A stretch of DNA of 64,000 nucleotides from Torpedo marmorata. Its lineage: Eukaryota. This document shows positions 61,325-64,000 of this stretch, piece by piece; position 1 is the first letter of the stretch, and each line of letters begins with the position of its first letter. The stretch lies in NCBI GenBank assembly GCA_977017645.1, contig OZ360236.1, positions 31,682,001-31,746,000 of the forward strand, in the 5' to 3' direction. Under the pieces are notes generated by a model. It saw nothing but the letters and a program-made list of their open reading frames with translations. It was not told where the DNA came from and ran no database searches. The translations under genes and the position numbers were made by a program.

Positions 61325-61951
61325 CTGTATATTTCGGCATACAAGTCAAGTCTTGAAACCCTCAAAAAGCACTCAAAAATCAGGGGTCGACTTATACGCC
61401 AGATACAAAAATGAGACCTTAAATTCAACTAAAAAAAACCGCACTACGTAGATTCGGCAAATAAGACGACCCGGAAGCACCTCCCCACCCAGACATTTTA
61501 CAATTGTAGAGCCCGAGGTCCCCGCTCCTGCCCAGGAGCCGACACATAGCCGTGGTTCCTGCGCCGAGCACACTTAGGCAGCGAGGCAACTTCTTCGATA
61601 CTGACGGCACCGCACCCGATGTTGAGAATGGAGTCGCCCGTCGCCAACTCCGGCTGCAGCCGATGCTGAAGACTTGGACCCAGCACCGTTTGGCATCTTC
61701 CCGGCCAGAAGCAAAGGTTTTTTTTTTTAAAACGTGCTTAATTTACAGATTTGTTATTTGGCGATTGGGGTGTTGTAACAAAGTTTGGGTTGTTGCTGGG
61801 AGGCCCGGACACCAGTCTCTGGCACGTTCCTTGCAAAAAATTGGGGGGGGGGGTCGACTTATACGCCTGATAAATGATAAAACCATGAAAATGAGGCTGA
61901 AAATGGGGACTCGACTTATCTGAACGTCGACTTATACGCCAAAATATACGG
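61325..61951. mobile_element. MITE of the pogo element at 14923
   Basis: Same TIR and GTCGACTTATACGCC subterminal repeats, with an unrelated GC-rich interior. Confidence 0.85.
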
Positions 61952-62983
61952 TACTTTCTTTATCCAAATTCCATTGCCATTCTATTAACAAATGCACTTC
62001 TATGACAGTCTTCTCACAAATCTGTAATGGGAGTGTGCCAACTCTTTCCAGATTTATTCCCTCTCTTTATTCATATGCAGTGCATTAAGAAATTTCATAG
62101 TCAGTTGTGTGAACAAAACAGTATGGTTTAAGTCAAGGAAGTTGGATTTTGGGTGTATAATGTGTATTTTTTAAAAAATATTCTCCCCTTAGGAAGGCAA
62201 TGAATTTCTATCGCAATATTGTTCTCAATGCCATGATAGAGCTCAAACCAAGCAGAAAAGATTTGAAGATAGATTTTATCTCTTTGGTCTGAAGCATGTA
62301 GCTTGTTTCAGATCAAAGGAAGGTTTTTAAAAAAAATAAATGTATCCTTATGAGCTCAATTTCTACAGTCGCAAGAATGTTTTTGATAGTCAATTCAGAT
62401 AACAACCAATTGTGCATGGTGACGGGTCGAATAATGCTCCATTGTTTTCTGAATATCCATTTTGCACCTTGAAAGTGGTTAAAAGGCAAATGGTGTTAAA
62501 AATGCTTTTTAACTACTGCACTGAGATGAGAGTCACTAAACTGTGGCATAATGATTATGCGGGATTGTCATTTTGTAAACATGTGGACTGGTGCAGAACA
62601 CTTAGCATTACAGATTACCCCATGTGGGAGGATAACAAACTCTCGGCAGGAAATCCATATTTGAATAGAGCACAAATCAGACACATGACAAACCTCCCAG
62701 CTTTCAATTCCTTGGAGTGTAACTCAGAGCAGCCTACCTGTAAAACAGGATCGCATTTTTTTTTTCGTTGATAATGTTTCATTCAGCCACTGACAGCATT
62801 CAATTCCCATTCCAATTTTATTCCTTGCAATGAGTGGGAGGTATCCAATTTTAATACAAGATCTGTCTGTCGAAATTGTCTGGTCCTTGCTTTCTTCTTG
62901 CATGGACTGTCCATTTCGGGCAACCTCACATTCTCATTGCTCCCACAGTTGAAATTACTCTATTATCGATCAGCGTTGTTTAC

Positions 62984-63096
62984 CTGCAAAGATGGGGAAG
63001 GTGGATCATGGTATTTGATCTGCATCTTCGACAGGATTTGGGCAACAGAAGTTCCTTGAGAAACCACAAACTACTGGGGAGGGGCAGTGGAACAAT
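62984..63096 (-). other. Candidate 113-nt host exon
   Basis: Strong acceptor TTTTTTTTCCTCTTGCATTCCTTCAG and donor CAG|GTAAAC. No recognisable protein. Confidence 0.3.
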
Positions 63097-64000
63097 CTGA
63101 AGGAATGCAAGAGGAAAAAAAATATAGAGCTTTGCTAATTCAGCTAGAAGATATACAAAAAAAAATGCAGAATATTCTTCAGGAAATTAAATAAATGGAG
63201 TCATCCACAGTGGGGAAGAATGTAATGGAGCCGATTTTGACATACTAATTGGCCTTTACTCACTGAATGCTTCATTATGTAGAAATATTCATACAGGCTG
63301 CAATCTCTCAACACTCTTTTGAAATAGTTGTTCACAAATTTAAATGAACTTCATGCTTCCTTGCACTCATCAATATTTTTCACATGTAGTGTGCATTAAA
63401 TGCCATTAATTGCAAGATTTAAGAGTGTACAAAATCAGGATTGAAATGCACGTACCTTTTACTAAATAGGTTAAGATTATAGACATTATTGGACTATAAG
63501 ATGCCTTTAAATTGAGATATTACAAATCCAATTTGTACCTTTTTTGCACCACGTTTTACACTGCCTTACAAATGGATATTAAAATCATTCACTGATGGTA
63601 GGAGATTGCATGGACTCTTAATTTGCCTATGTAGGTTGCATTTTAAATTAAATTCGATACAGCTGCTTTGCATAATCATATGTGGAACATTTAGATTTCA
63701 TCTTCTTCAACCCTCAGTTCCAAAAGAAAATTCATCTACAGCTATCTTTACCACTAACTGAATTCGAGACACGATCTCCATTTCCTTTTAATTTTTGAGG
63801 GCTTGGGAGAATGAATTGAGTGAAAAAATATCTATTTTATTTGTAAATGCCATTCCTGCTGGCCACGAAACTAGACATCAATTATTAACAGACGTCATTC
63901 ATACAATGTGGAGTCTGCAGTAGCAATGATGTCTTGCCTAGCTCAGGATTCAGTTAAGTAAATACCAGTACATTAAATCTTGATAGGTAATGACGTCCTT

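Overview
Vertebrate, repeat-rich, apparently intergenic or intronic DNA. It is probably from a shark or ray, inferred from HE1-type V-SINEs and HER1/CR1 tails. No host protein-coding gene could be identified. About half the window is transposable elements: Rex1/Babar and CR1 LINEs, Penelope-like elements (PLEs) carrying minimal hammerhead ribozyme motifs, a DD35D pogo (Passer-type) transposon with MITEs, two non-autonomous hAT elements, and SINEs. The main structure is a 19.6-kb three-tier nest (31909-51501) of one Gmr1-like Gypsy family, plus two solo LTRs of that family. All three internal copies encode Gag(SCAN-like)-protease-integrase fused in frame to an RT thumb and RNase H. All three lack the RT fingers/palm (YxDD) through the same deletion, yet each inserted independently with its own 4-bp TSD. 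In the two younger copies, the proximal third of the LTR sorts by position (5' with 5', 3' with 3') rather than by element, which canonical reverse transcription does not predict.
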